The position numbers and the translations under genes are program-made. 17,216 nucleotides of DNA, from assembly GCA_040222015.1 (NCBI GenBank), contig JAVJWO010000204.1, forward strand, positions 1 through 17,216. Direction: 5' to 3'. Below are positions 8,417-17,216 of this stretch, piece by piece (position 1 is the stretch's first letter; every line of letters begins with the position of its first letter). The notes beneath the pieces are model-generated. The model did no database searches and was not told the origin of the DNA. It worked only from the letters and a program-made list of their open reading frames with translations. This stretch comes from Coleofasciculus chthonoplastes F2-STO-03. Lineage in GTDB: Bacteria; Cyanobacteriota; Cyanobacteriia; Cyanobacteriales; Coleofasciculaceae.

Positions 8417-10486
8417 TTAATGTATCACCGCCATTTGTTTTTCTGGCAGTTGGGTGTGTTCGGCAACAATTTGTCGGAATTGCTCCCCTTCAATGGTTTC
8501 CTGCTCCAACAAAAGATCTACTAAGCGATCAATCAACGGTCGATTGTCGCGAATTAGCTGACGAGCTTCCTCATAGCATCGCATCGCGATCGCTTGCACT
8601 CGATGATCGATTTTAGCGGCAACTTCTTCGGAATAGTCAGATCGCTGCGTCCAACCGCCGCCGAGAAACACTTCGCTGTTCGGGCGTTCCAGAGCAACCG
8701 GACCTAAATCAGACATCCCATACCGAGTCACCATCTCACGCGCCAGTTCTGCCACTTTCTTAATATCACTAGCCGCACCAATGGTCACTTCACCATGACC
8801 AAAGACTTCTTCTTCCGAAGCCCGACCCCCTAAAGCAATGGTAATCTGATCAATGAGCCACGTCCGAGGCAAGTACAGATCCCCCAGATCACTGGAGCGA
8901 CTGATATCCATAAATTCCTCATTGGGTAAGGGTTGAGCAAATCCACCCACGCCACCGGAACGGGGCAAAATGGTCACCTTGTTTAAGGGATCAGAATTTT
9001 TCAGGATAGTTATCAGCAAGGCATGTCCAATCTCGTGGTAGGCAATTAATCGCTTTTTCTTACTATCCAGAAGCGGCGTCATTTGCAGACCAATACTGAC
9101 GCGATCGATGGCATCATCAATTTCTAGAGGTGTAATTGCCTCTTTACGCCGTCGGGCGGTGAGGATCGCCGCCTCGTTGAGTAGGTTCGCCAAATCCGCG
9201 CCCGAAAATCCTGGAGTGCGTCGCGCGATCGCTTCTAAGGATATCTCCGGTGCCAATTTTTTATTCCGACTATGGACATCCAATATTCCTAGGCGTCCAT
9301 TATAGGTAGGCAGATCGACCATAACATGGCGATCAAATCGCCCAGGTCTAAGCAGGGCGGAATCTAAAACATCGGGACGGTTGGTCGCTGCAATGATGAT
9401 AATCCCCGTATTCCCCTCAAATCCATCCATTTCCGTGAGTAACTGGTTGAGGGTTTGCTCTCGCTCATCGTTACCCCCACCGATTCCCGCACCCCGTTGT
9501 CTGCCAACGGCATCAATTTCGTCGATGAAGATTAAACAGGGAGCATTTTCTTTGGCTTTTTTGAATAAATCCCGCACCCGTGAGGCTCCCACCCCGACGA
9601 ACATCTCCACAAACTCACTGCCCGAAATGCTAAAGAACGGAACCCCCGCTTCTCCCGCGATCGCTTTTGCCAGCATGGTTTTTCCTGTACCCGGAGGACC
9701 GACTAACAGCACCCCTTTGGGAATACGCGCACCAATGGCGGTAAATCGTTCCGGTTGTTTCAGAAACGTGACGACTTCTTGTAATTCTTCTTTGGCTTCT
9801 TCAATCCCTGCCACATCACCAAATTGTATCCCGGTTTTCGCTTCCATCTGAAAGCGAGCGCGGGATTTGCCAAAGTTTAACGCTTGACCCGAACTACTCG
9901 CAGAGCGGCGCAGAATCATCATCAGTCCGGCGAGCAATAGTAAGAGAAAAAATAACTGCATCACCAACCCTAAAGCGGCGGAATTATTCGTGGTTGGCGT
10001 CACATCCAAGGGAATATTGGTGTTCCGCAGTTTCCCAATCAGTTCGCCATTTTGCTCCAGTAGCATGATTTCTTGGGGCGGTTCGGCGTCTTCCTGTCCG
10101 GCGAAGTAGACTCTGGCAACATCACGGGCGGGGTCAAGTTCAACTTTTTTGATAGTACAATCCGTTTGCGAGGTCTGACTCGGTGGGATCTCTTCATCTG
10201 GGGATGAGGGTGGCGGAGTGCACTCATCAATTTTCCGCAAAAGCTGCCCATAGCTTAACGATGGCTTTTGTTCCGTCTGTTGCGCTTGGGCAGGGACACC
10301 TAGCATCACACCTTGAACGATCACTAAGCTGGTTACCATACGCCACCAATAACCGAGTTTAACCTGTGGCGGCTTTGGCTTACCCGTTGAACCTCTACGC
10401 GGTTCTTGTCCCATCCATGATCTCATCCAGGAACTGTTGTTCATCGAAAATTTCCCTTGTTGGTCCTGTCTATTAACTCGCAGCAT
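8417..10486 (-). CDS. ftsH: ATP-dependent zinc metalloprotease FtsH (true start may be a downstream Met)
   Basis: Two TM segments, Walker A GPPGTGKT, pore FVG, Walker [30 protein letters not shown], and zinc motif HEIGH. Confidence 0.97.
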   Translation of the reverse strand: MLRVNRQDQQGKFSMNNSSWMRSWMGQEPRRGSTGKPKPPQVKLGYWWRMVTSLVIVQGVMLGVPAQAQQTEQKPSLSYGQLLRKIDECTPPPSSPDEEIPPSQTSQTDCTIKKVELDPARDVARVYFAGQEDAEPPQEIMLLEQNGELIGKLRNTNIPLDVTPTTNNSAALGLVMQLFFLLLLLAGLMMILRRSASSSGQALNFGKSRARFQMEAKTGIQFGDVAGIEEAKEELQEVVTFLKQPERFTAIGARIPKGVLLVGPPGTGKTMLAKAIAGEAGVPFFSISGSEFVEMFVGVGASRVRDLFKKAKENAPCLIFIDEIDAVGRQRGAGIGGGNDEREQTLNQLLTEMDGFEGNTGIIIIAATNRPDVLDSALLRPGRFDRHVMVDLPTYNGRLGILDVHSRNKKLAPEISLEAIARRTPGFSGADLANLLNEAAILTARRRKEAITPLEIDDAIDRVSIGLQMTPLLDSKKKRLIAYHEIGHALLITILKNSDPLNKVTILPRSGGVGGFAQPLPNEEFMDISRSSDLGDLYLPRTWLIDQITIALGGRASEEEVFGHGEVTIGAASDIKKVAELAREMVTRYGMSDLGPVALERPNSEVFLGGGWTQRSDYSEEVAAKIDHRVQAIAMRCYEEARQLIRDNRPLIDRLVDLLLEQETIEGEQFRQIVAEHTQLPEKQMAVIH

Positions 10487-10709
10487 AATGCTGCCAAGGC
10501 GTGACGCGGCACGTTCAACTGCTTACCAACCTCTAGTTTAGCGTTCCTCTAATCTAGCCGTGGCTAGGGGAGGATGCAATCGTGTTTTCGGAAAACTGAA
10601 GGGGTGACCAAGGACTGGAAGAGTAGGCAGGGTGTGGGGTGTGGGATGTGGGATGTCAGTAACCAGGGAACTAAGGTATTTTGTATTAGAAAGTATTAAT
10701 CGGCAAGAC

Positions 10710-11255
10710 ATGGTAAAAATTGTTGGCATTAATGGTAGCCTGCGAGCTAAATCCTATAGCTATCAAGCTTTAACCTTAGCCATTCAGCGGGTGCAAGCCT
10801 TGGGCGCATCCACAGAAATCCTTGACCTGCGACAGATGCAGTTACCGTTTTGTATCGGTAGTGATGACTATCCCGGTTATCCCGATGTTGTCCGGTTACG
10901 GGAAACGGTACAGGAAGCCGATGGCTTAATTTTGGTTACACCGGAATATCACGGGGGCGTGAGTGGGGTACTCAAAAATGCCCTAGATTTGATGACATTT
11001 GACCATTTATCGGGTAAAGTGACAGGGCTGCTCAGTGTTTTAGGCGGTCAAGCTAACAGTAATGCTCTCAATGAACTCCGGCTGATTATCCGTTGGGTTC
11101 ACGGTTGGGTGATTCCTGAGCAAATCGCTTTTGGTCGGGCGTGGCAAGCGTTTGGTGAGGATGGCAAGCTTTTAGATGAGAAACTCTCGAAGCGTTTAGA
11201 TCAGTTTGCGGAAAGTTTAGTTGATCATTCTCGCAAGCTGCGGGGCGTGTTATAA
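10710..11255 (+). CDS. NADPH-dependent FMN reductase (flavodoxin-like)
   Basis: MVKIVGINGSLR..S.S and TPEYHGGVSGVLKNALD motifs. ATG 10710 is preferred because the upstream extension is GTGTGGG/ATGTGGG heptamer sequence. Confidence 0.92.
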   Translation: MVKIVGINGSLRAKSYSYQALTLAIQRVQALGASTEILDLRQMQLPFCIGSDDYPGYPDVVRLRETVQEADGLILVTPEYHGGVSGVLKNALDLMTFDHLSGKVTGLLSVLGGQANSNALNELRLIIRWVHGWVIPEQIAFGRAWQAFGEDGKLLDEKLSKRLDQFAESLVDHSRKLRGVL

Positions 11256-11561
11256 CATTTTTTACTAAAACATGACTGAACGAAGATTCGTTTAAATAGC
11301 GTGTTGGTTGTTTCTTGTTCTCGCTGTCCTGTTGCCAAAATTTAACGGAAGTGGTTTAATAGTAAGCCACTTATTTATCGCCGCTTTTAAGGCATTGACA
11401 AGCTAAATTGTCAATACCTCTTATATTTAATTTTGTCAACAAATATAAAATTTAGTATAAATTTAACAATTATTTTTAGTAAACTTAAACTCTCATTTGT
11501 AAAAATTAAAATAGAGGGAGTCAATCACCTTCGCTTTGTTACTCAAGAATACCTAAGACCC

Positions 11562-11843
11562 ATGATGATATCAGCCATTCCTTCACAACCGACGAGTGCT
11601 TCGGCTCAATGTCTTTGTAGCTATGCCAACACAACTAGCTCCCTGCAAGTGATTCGGATTGGTAACCCTAGCGCTTACAGTTTTGAGCGTATTGTTTTCC
11701 CTGGCGATCGCCTGTTGTTTGAAGCGGCATCAGATGCTCAACTCGAAGTTTTATCAACTTATCTGGGTCAAGCGATCAAGATTGAGAAAATTCCCTGTCA
11801 CCAGTTGCAGGTTGAACTTAATCAGCCTCGGCTATCAGCTTAA
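11562..11843 (+). CDS. DUF1830 domain protein
   Basis: CSY.N.T..LQV.RI.N....FER.VFPG.RLLFEA...AQLEV is typical of this cyanobacterial family. ATG 11562 is preferred over the AT-rich extension. Confidence 0.85.
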   Translation: MMISAIPSQPTSASAQCLCSYANTTSSLQVIRIGNPSAYSFERIVFPGDRLLFEAASDAQLEVLSTYLGQAIKIEKIPCHQLQVELNQPRLSA

Positions 11844-11936
11844 GAAATAAATAGCATAAAGAAGGCACATTGGTACAGGTTTTTAAACAAAACTTAACAT
11901 TGTTTGAAACTCACATTGCCACAATCGATAAAGAAT

Positions 11937-11968
11937 GGGGAGGAAGATCGGTTTCCTCCTCTTTTTTT
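11937..11968 (+). terminator. Rho-independent terminator
   Basis: GGGGAGGAA-gatcggt-TTCCTCCT stem-loop followed by CTTTTTTT. Confidence 0.7.
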
Positions 11969-12004
11969 GTGCTTGTGGGGACGTGCGATCGCACAGAAAT
12001 GCCG

Positions 12005-12010
12005 TATAAT
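12005..12010 (+). promoter_or_regulatory. Candidate -10 box (TATAAT) for ureC
   Basis: Perfect TATAAT 35 nt upstream of the ureC ATG and downstream of the terminator. Confidence 0.45.
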
Positions 12011-12045
12011 TAACCCGCCCCATAGCATCTGCCAGAGAAACCGCG

Positions 12046-13764
12046 ATGAGTTACCGAATGGATCGCCGCGCTTACGCTGAAACTTATGGTCCGACTGTAG
12101 GCGATCGCATCCGTCTCGCTGATACTGAATTGTTCATTGAAGTGGAACGCGATTTCACCACTTATGGCGATGAAGTCAAATTTGGTGGCGGTAAAGTCAT
12201 TCGGGATGGGATGGGACAATCTCCGATATCTAATGCGGATGGGGCGGTGGATCTGGTGATTACCAATGCCCTAATTTTGGATTGGTGGGGAATTGTCAAA
12301 GCTGATATTGGGATTAAAGACGGTAAGATTTTCCAGATTGGCAAAGCTGGAAATCCCAATATTCAAGATAACGTCGATATTATTATTGGTCCGGGGACGG
12401 AAGCCGTAGCGGGGGAAGGGATGATTCTCACCGCTGGGGGGATTGATTCCCATATTCACTTTATCTGTCCCCAACAAATTGAAGTGGCGATCGCATCCGG
12501 GATTACCACGATGTTAGGCGGGGGTACGGGACCGGCTACCGGTACCAACGCCACGACTTGTACACCGGGTCCCTGGAATATTTATCGGATGCTGCAAGCG
12601 GCTGATGCGTTTCCGGTAAACTTGGGATTTTTGGGTAAAGGCAATAGTAGTCAACCCCAAGGACTTGTAGAACAAGTGCTAGCAGGGGCAATGGGGTTAA
12701 AGTTACACGAAGATTGGGGAACTACGCCAGCCACAATAGACACCTGTCTCAGTGTCGCCGATGACTATGATATTCAAGTCGCCATTCATACCGACACCCT
12801 CAACGAAGCCGGATTTGTAGAAAACACGATCGCGGCATTCAAAAACCGCGCCATCCATACCTACCATACCGAAGGTGCAGGCGGGGGTCATGCCCCTGAT
12901 ATTATCAAGGTTTGTGGTCAAGCTAATGTTCTACCCTCATCCACGAATCCCACTCGCCCCTATACGATGAACACCCTGGAAGAACATCTGGATATGTTGA
13001 TGGTATGTCATCACTTAGATCGGGGGATTCCAGAAGATGTCGCCTTTGCCGAGTCTCGGATTCGCCGGGAAACGATCGCGGCTGAGGATATTTTGCACGA
13101 TTTAGGCGCATTTAGTATGATTGCCTCCGATTCCCAGGCGATGGGGCGAGTTGGGGAAGTGATTATTCGCACCTGGCAAACGGCGCACAAGATGAAAGTG
13201 CAACGGGGCGTTTTATCTTCATCCTCTGGGGAAATGGTGGATCATGATAACTTCCGGGCAAAGCGGTATGTAGCAAAGTACACGATTAACCCCGCCATTA
13301 CCCATGGTATTGCTGACTATGTGGGTTCAGTGGAGAAAGGGAAGCTGGCAGACTTGTGTTTATGGAAACCCGCCTTTTTTGGCGTGAAACCGGAGATTGT
13401 GATCAAAGGGGGTATGATCGCCTGGTCACAGATGGGGGATGCTAATGCCAGTATTCCCACACCCCAACCGATTCACAGCCGCCCCATGTTTGGCAGTTTT
13501 GGCGGTGCGATCGCGGCTACGTCGTTAACCTTTGTATCTCAAGCGGCATTAGACCGAGACATTGCTACACAATTGAAGTTACAAAAATCTGCCGTTGCGG
13601 TGTCCAATACGCGGCAAGTGAGTAAGCGAGATATGAAATTAAATGATGCATTACCTCAGATGGAGGTTGATCCAGAAACCTATCAAGTTAGGGCAGATGG
13701 AGAATTGTTAATTTGCGAACCAGCTAAGAGTTTACCCATGGCACAGCGTTACTTTTTGTTTTAA
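12046..13764 (+). CDS. ureC: Urease subunit alpha
   Basis: [14 protein letters not shown], nickel ligands [22 protein letters not shown] and HTEGAGGGH, flap [17 protein letters not shown], and C-terminal [10 protein letters not shown]. Confidence 0.99.
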   Translation: MSYRMDRRAYAETYGPTVGDRIRLADTELFIEVERDFTTYGDEVKFGGGKVIRDGMGQSPISNADGAVDLVITNALILDWWGIVKADIGIKDGKIFQIGKAGNPNIQDNVDIIIGPGTEAVAGEGMILTAGGIDSHIHFICPQQIEVAIASGITTMLGGGTGPATGTNATTCTPGPWNIYRMLQAADAFPVNLGFLGKGNSSQPQGLVEQVLAGAMGLKLHEDWGTTPATIDTCLSVADDYDIQVAIHTDTLNEAGFVENTIAAFKNRAIHTYHTEGAGGGHAPDIIKVCGQANVLPSSTNPTRPYTMNTLEEHLDMLMVCHHLDRGIPEDVAFAESRIRRETIAAEDILHDLGAFSMIASDSQAMGRVGEVIIRTWQTAHKMKVQRGVLSSSSGEMVDHDNFRAKRYVAKYTINPAITHGIADYVGSVEKGKLADLCLWKPAFFGVKPEIVIKGGMIAWSQMGDANASIPTPQPIHSRPMFGSFGGAIAATSLTFVSQAALDRDIATQLKLQKSAVAVSNTRQVSKRDMKLNDALPQMEVDPETYQVRADGELLICEPAKSLPMAQRYFLF

Positions 13765-13846
13765 GAGAACAGTCATCTATAAAAAGGATTATAAAAAAAG
13801 GGTAATTATAGCAATAGACACATCGATTAGGACGTTCGGCACCATT

Positions 13847-13874
13847 GTAGAGACGCGCCATGGCGCGTCTCTAC
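13847..13874. repeat. Perfect 28-bp REP palindrome GTAGAGACGCGCCATGGCGCGTCTCTAC
   Basis: Self-complementary, located between the convergent ureC and PIN genes. Confidence 0.92.
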
Positions 13875-13894
13875 TAATTGGTGTAATCTTAGAT

Positions 13895-14452
13895 CTATGG
13901 TACGCGATCGCACCAGGTTGCCAGTAATCGCTTAGACTCAGGTTTTGCACCACTTTCCAGCCACTCAATCGGTGTCTCTTCTTCCACTTGATCGGGATTC
14001 ACCCACACAATCTCTTTGAGTGCGTTAATTTCACTAGCCGCCTGACTAAAAAATGTTCTGGCTGTATTATCATCCAACGATATCACAGTTTTATCTGTCG
14101 CGATCGCGGCTTCCAGTAATCGTAAATCTTTGAACATTTCTGCACGCTTTCTGTCAGTACCAGCAATCCGATAAATTTTATCCCATAACTCCTTATCCAC
14201 TGACACATTTAAAAAGACAAACTTCCCTTTAGCTACCATCCGACGACGCCATCTAAGCGCAAATACTGATTGATGCTTATCCCACTCGTCTTTAATATCC
14301 GGCGTCATGACAACTTTGTGACAGATATCCAAAACAGCTTGTAAAAAATCCCGACAGTGTATTGAAGTTGGATGAATCGCATCCTCTCCACCCGATGAAC
14401 GGGCAACTGACGCATCAATTACCAGTCGCTTTGAAATCACTTTAGCTACCAC
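13895..14452 (-). CDS. PIN-domain-like protein (putative ribonuclease)
   Basis: Acidic residues at PIN-like spacing: LVIDASV, TPDIKDEW, KDLRLLEAA and VISLDD. The GTG at 14452 overlaps the end of the ATPase gene by 11 nt. Confidence 0.7.
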   Translation of the reverse strand: MVAKVISKRLVIDASVARSSGGEDAIHPTSIHCRDFLQAVLDICHKVVMTPDIKDEWDKHQSVFALRWRRRMVAKGKFVFLNVSVDKELWDKIYRIAGTDRKRAEMFKDLRLLEAAIATDKTVISLDDNTARTFFSQAASEINALKEIVWVNPDQVEEETPIEWLESGAKPESKRLLATWCDRVP

Positions 14453-15806
14453 TCGAACCTTCCGATAAACGAGATTCAGCCGCATTTAAATAGCGACTTT
14501 CTAATTTTAAAGATACATCACTAAAATCTTCGGGAAAATCTCCAAAAGCACCTGCTTCATCTAAATCAGCGCTACTAACTTTTGTCATCCCATCATCTCC
14601 CCGTGTAAACCAGTGCAATTTTACCAAATCTGGCGAGAGTTGACGTTCTGCGACTAAAGATTGAACCGCTAAAAGTAGCAATTCACTGTGAGTTTCTATA
14701 ACAACACGCACACCCCGTTTAGCTGCATCTGCTAGTATATTCGCTAAAGCAGCTTGGGCGCGAGGATGTAAGTGAAGTTCGGGTTGTTCTATGTACACTA
14801 ACTGTCCTGTTTTGGCTACCAAAAGTCCTACTAAAACTGGTAAAACTTGAGAGACACCGATACCAACATCAGCAATGCTAAAACGACCTATCCGTAATTC
14901 AACCTGTACATCATTAACCTGCACAGCTTCAATTTTAGGTAATCCAATTATCTCAAGTGTTTTATTTAAATGGTTAATATGTTTATCATTTGATTCCTGC
15001 CATTCATTAATTATACTGGCAACGTAATTCTCAAAAGTACCGGGAAATTCGCTGCCAATAGCTGTGGTAGGATAAGTCCGTTCGGGATTACCTCTTAGCC
15101 CTGGCAGATGAATCATTTTGCGAATATTGGTTTTAAATAAATTTGTATGAGAATGGCTATCATATAAATTGGCATCCAGCAATGTACTTTCCTCGGTATT
15201 TATACTCACGCAAATTTTAGATTTACAGGTTAAATCAAGGAAACAACGTTCAAGATTAATGCTATATTCTAAGTGGTCAACCATTTCTCCTGTGTTTTGT
15301 ATAATCCATCCAATAGATTCATTTTTATTTTGATAATACTCTGTCAAAAAATATAATATTTCTTGACGAGCCATTCCTTTCCAAAATCTGTTTTCTTTTT
15401 CTCCTTCTTTATGTTTAATTTCAAAATTTGTTAACTTACCCCGATTTGCGGTTTTAAATTTTTGAAATAAACTTTTTGATTGATCTATTTCTATATTTGT
15501 CGAAAATACGCAAATATTTTTCTTTGATTTGAATTGAGAAAATATTTGTTCATTAGCAGTAAATCGCACATTCGGACCATTCAGTAACAATGCACCAGGG
15601 TCATAGGGTGCTTCCAGGGTTTGCTTCATCAACAATAATGGCTGCATGATGCTGGATTTACCTGAACTATTCGCACCCGCAAGAATGGTTAAAGGGCGGA
15701 TTTCAATACTGCACTCGTCATAAAGAGACTTAAACCCCTGTACAGAAATCCTGGTAATTCCCTGAACTTCCTTGTCGTTGCTTTCAGGCGATGTAGATTG
15801 ACTCAT
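14442..15806 (-). CDS. ABC-type (AAA_15/AAA_21, DUF3696-like C-terminus) ATPase
   Basis: ISVQGFKS, Walker A GANSSGKS, signature-like DVGIGVSQ, Walker B YIEQPELHLHP, H-loop IETHSE, and C-terminal LDEAG.F.DFP.DF.D. Confidence 0.88.
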   Translation of the reverse strand: MSQSTSPESNDKEVQGITRISVQGFKSLYDECSIEIRPLTILAGANSSGKSSIMQPLLLMKQTLEAPYDPGALLLNGPNVRFTANEQIFSQFKSKKNICVFSTNIEIDQSKSLFQKFKTANRGKLTNFEIKHKEGEKENRFWKGMARQEILYFLTEYYQNKNESIGWIIQNTGEMVDHLEYSINLERCFLDLTCKSKICVSINTEESTLLDANLYDSHSHTNLFKTNIRKMIHLPGLRGNPERTYPTTAIGSEFPGTFENYVASIINEWQESNDKHINHLNKTLEIIGLPKIEAVQVNDVQVELRIGRFSIADVGIGVSQVLPVLVGLLVAKTGQLVYIEQPELHLHPRAQAALANILADAAKRGVRVVIETHSELLLLAVQSLVAERQLSPDLVKLHWFTRGDDGMTKVSSADLDEAGAFGDFPEDFSDVSLKLESRYLNAAESRLSEGSSGS

Positions 15807-15832
15807 AACTTAAATACACTCTTTCTTTTGTT

Positions 15833-16816
15833 TTACCGCTTTTTTTCCATATCCGCATAAGCCGCATAAACTCCCTGCACGTTATACCAATTCAGGAAAA
15901 TTCGGGCAATTTCTAAGGCTAACTGCGACTTCCCTTGATTAATCAAATATTGCAAAAAAGATGCCATGGTTCGTTCATTTAATCGCCCACCTAGAGAAAG
16001 AACACCCCAGAGTATCCGGTGCAGCCATGTCATCTGAATCATCATCCGCACGTCCCAAGTAGGATGTTTTTGATAAAATAATACCCCCATGCGTCCCCGT
16101 TGAATTTCTCGGTCAATCATCTGGGGAATTTGGTCTAAATTAAACGGAGGATGCCAATGATAGCCAACAGCCGCCGGACATTTAATCAGTTTTAAGCCTA
16201 ACTGTTTGAGGCGAACACCTAGTTCTAAGTCTTCCCAACCATAGAGTTGAAAGCGAGTGTCAAACAGTCCCGCTTCCTCCAACCACTTCCGCGCGATCGC
16301 AACATTTCCAGTAGCAAAATAGGCGGCGGAGAAATCCGTTATCTTGTAGGGTTCTGAACTAGGATTATCGAAATTGTTGGTATTAATTACCCAGCCATAA
16401 GTAAAGACGCGATCGCTCCCTAACTGCTGTTGTCCCTGAACCAGTGCATCAGCATGGGCTTGGAGGAAATTCTCGGTAACGACTAAATCGCTATCGATAA
16501 AGATAATTGTATCGCCTTTAGCCTTCTCAACGCCTAGATTTCGGGCGGCGGCTGGACCCAGGTGATCTTGAGAGAGCGATCGCACTTTGGACAGTTCATG
16601 ACGATGAGAGTCTAGCCACTCTAGGGTGCCATCCGTTGAGCCATCATCCACGACGACGACTTCATAGCCAGCGACAACAGTATCGTCTCTGAGATGTTGG
16701 TGTTCTAAAGCTTTCAGGCACTTTTGTAGAATGGGTAGACGATTGTACGTGGGAATAACAACGCTGAAAAAGAAGGATGAGGGATGCGGTATTAGAGATG
16801 ATTTTTTGTACTTCAT
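15833..16816 (-). CDS. Glycosyltransferase family 2 protein
   Basis: SVVIPTYNR, VVDDGSTDGT, GPAAARNLG, FIDSD (DxD) and YGWEDLELG motifs. Confidence 0.95.
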   Translation of the reverse strand: MKYKKSSLIPHPSSFFFSVVIPTYNRLPILQKCLKALEHQHLRDDTVVAGYEVVVVDDGSTDGTLEWLDSHRHELSKVRSLSQDHLGPAAARNLGVEKAKGDTIIFIDSDLVVTENFLQAHADALVQGQQQLGSDRVFTYGWVINTNNFDNPSSEPYKITDFSAAYFATGNVAIARKWLEEAGLFDTRFQLYGWEDLELGVRLKQLGLKLIKCPAAVGYHWHPPFNLDQIPQMIDREIQRGRMGVLFYQKHPTWDVRMMIQMTWLHRILWGVLSLGGRLNERTMASFLQYLINQGKSQLALEIARIFLNWYNVQGVYAAYADMEKKR

Positions 16817-16857
16817 TCAGGGGTAAACGACTGTAGGACTTATTGATTATGAATCAG

Positions 16858-17107
16858 GGCGGGTTTTGTTGTTCCGTTATCGGTGGGGAGGGCGGGTTTT
16901 GTTGTTCCGTTAGTGGAGAGGGCGGGTTTTGTTGTTCCGTTAGTGGAGAGGGCGGGTTTTGTTGTTCCGTTAGTGGAGAGGGCGGGTTTTGTTGTTCCGT
17001 TATCGGTGGAGAGGGCGGGTTTTGTTGTTCCGTTATCGGTGGGGAGGGCGGGTTTTGTTGTTCCGTTATCGGTGGGGAGGGCGGGTTTTGTTGTTCATTT
17101 ATCGGTG
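16858..17107. repeat. Tandem array of eight 33/30-bp units (GGCGGGTTTTGTTGTTCCGTTA[TCG]GTGGRGAG)
   Basis: Units start at 16858 (33), 16891, 16921 and 16951 (30 each), 16981, 17014 and 17047 (33 each), and 17080 (divergent). The reverse complement matches the 1-132 unit at 31 of 33 positions. Confidence 0.95.
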
Positions 17108-17121
17108 ACTAGCTGAATTTA

Positions 17122-17216
17122 GTCCCTAAACCCGCCCCTACGATTGTCCCTAAACCCGCCCCTACGATTGTCCCTAAACCCGCCCCTACGATTGTCCCTA
17201 AACCCGCCCCTACGAT
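17122..17216. repeat. Tandem array of 24-bp units GTCCCTAAACCCGCCCCTACGATT, truncated by the window edge
   Basis: Identical units at 17122, 17146, 17170 and 17194, each carrying the right REP arm AAACCCGCCCCTAC. Confidence 0.95.

Larger units (their letters stand above)
1306..16583. repeat. Dispersed HIP1 octamers (GCGATCGC), about 18 copies
   Basis: Seen at 1306, 2629, 3002, 3813, 8013, 8586, 9225, 9657, 11704, 11985, 12101, 12487, 13507, 13904, 14100, 16293, 16409 and 16576. HIP1 is an established cyanobacterial signature. Confidence 0.9.

Noticed and set aside
2542..13111. Short antisense or alternative-frame ORFs inside guaA, cbiD, tnpB, the M23 gene, ftsH and ureC
   Set aside because: Shadow ORFs overlapping well-supported genes, with no motifs of their own.
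12046..13764. ureC without ureA/ureB as an anomaly, and an NtcA site upstream
   Set aside because: Dispersed ure genes are known in cyanobacteria. I found no convincing GTA-N8-TAC at the expected distance from the -10 box.
16843..17116. Cys-rich repeat ORFs (GGFCCSVIGGE)n as RiPP precursor or metallothionein
   Set aside because: They are translations of the DNA repeat, open in two frames because unit lengths are multiples of 3. There is no leader peptide, clear RBS or nearby modifying enzyme.

Overview
A 17.2 kb cyanobacterial chromosomal segment. About 18 HIP1 GCGATCGC octamers, heptamer STRR runs and GTAG-type REP palindromes point to a filamentous taxon. Housekeeping genes are guaA, cbiD, ftsH, a stand-alone ureC, an M23 peptidase, an NADPH-dependent FMN reductase, a DUF1830 protein, a GT2 glycosyltransferase and three small membrane proteins. 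Two accessory elements stand out. (1) A 1731-bp IS200/IS605-family element (tnpB plus a truncated, frameshifted tnpA) appears to be inserted in the first codons of cbiD. Its right end supplies a substitute TTG start, its predicted omega-RNA guide is the 5' end of cbiD, and its TnpB seems to lack the RuvC-II catalytic Glu. (2) An overlapping gene pair encodes an ABC/AAA_21-type ATPase and a PIN-fold protein, a candidate defence or toxin-antitoxin system. Both window ends lie in tandem arrays of the same 33-bp REP-derived unit, in inverted orientation. All calls come from reading motifs by eye; no database searches were run.
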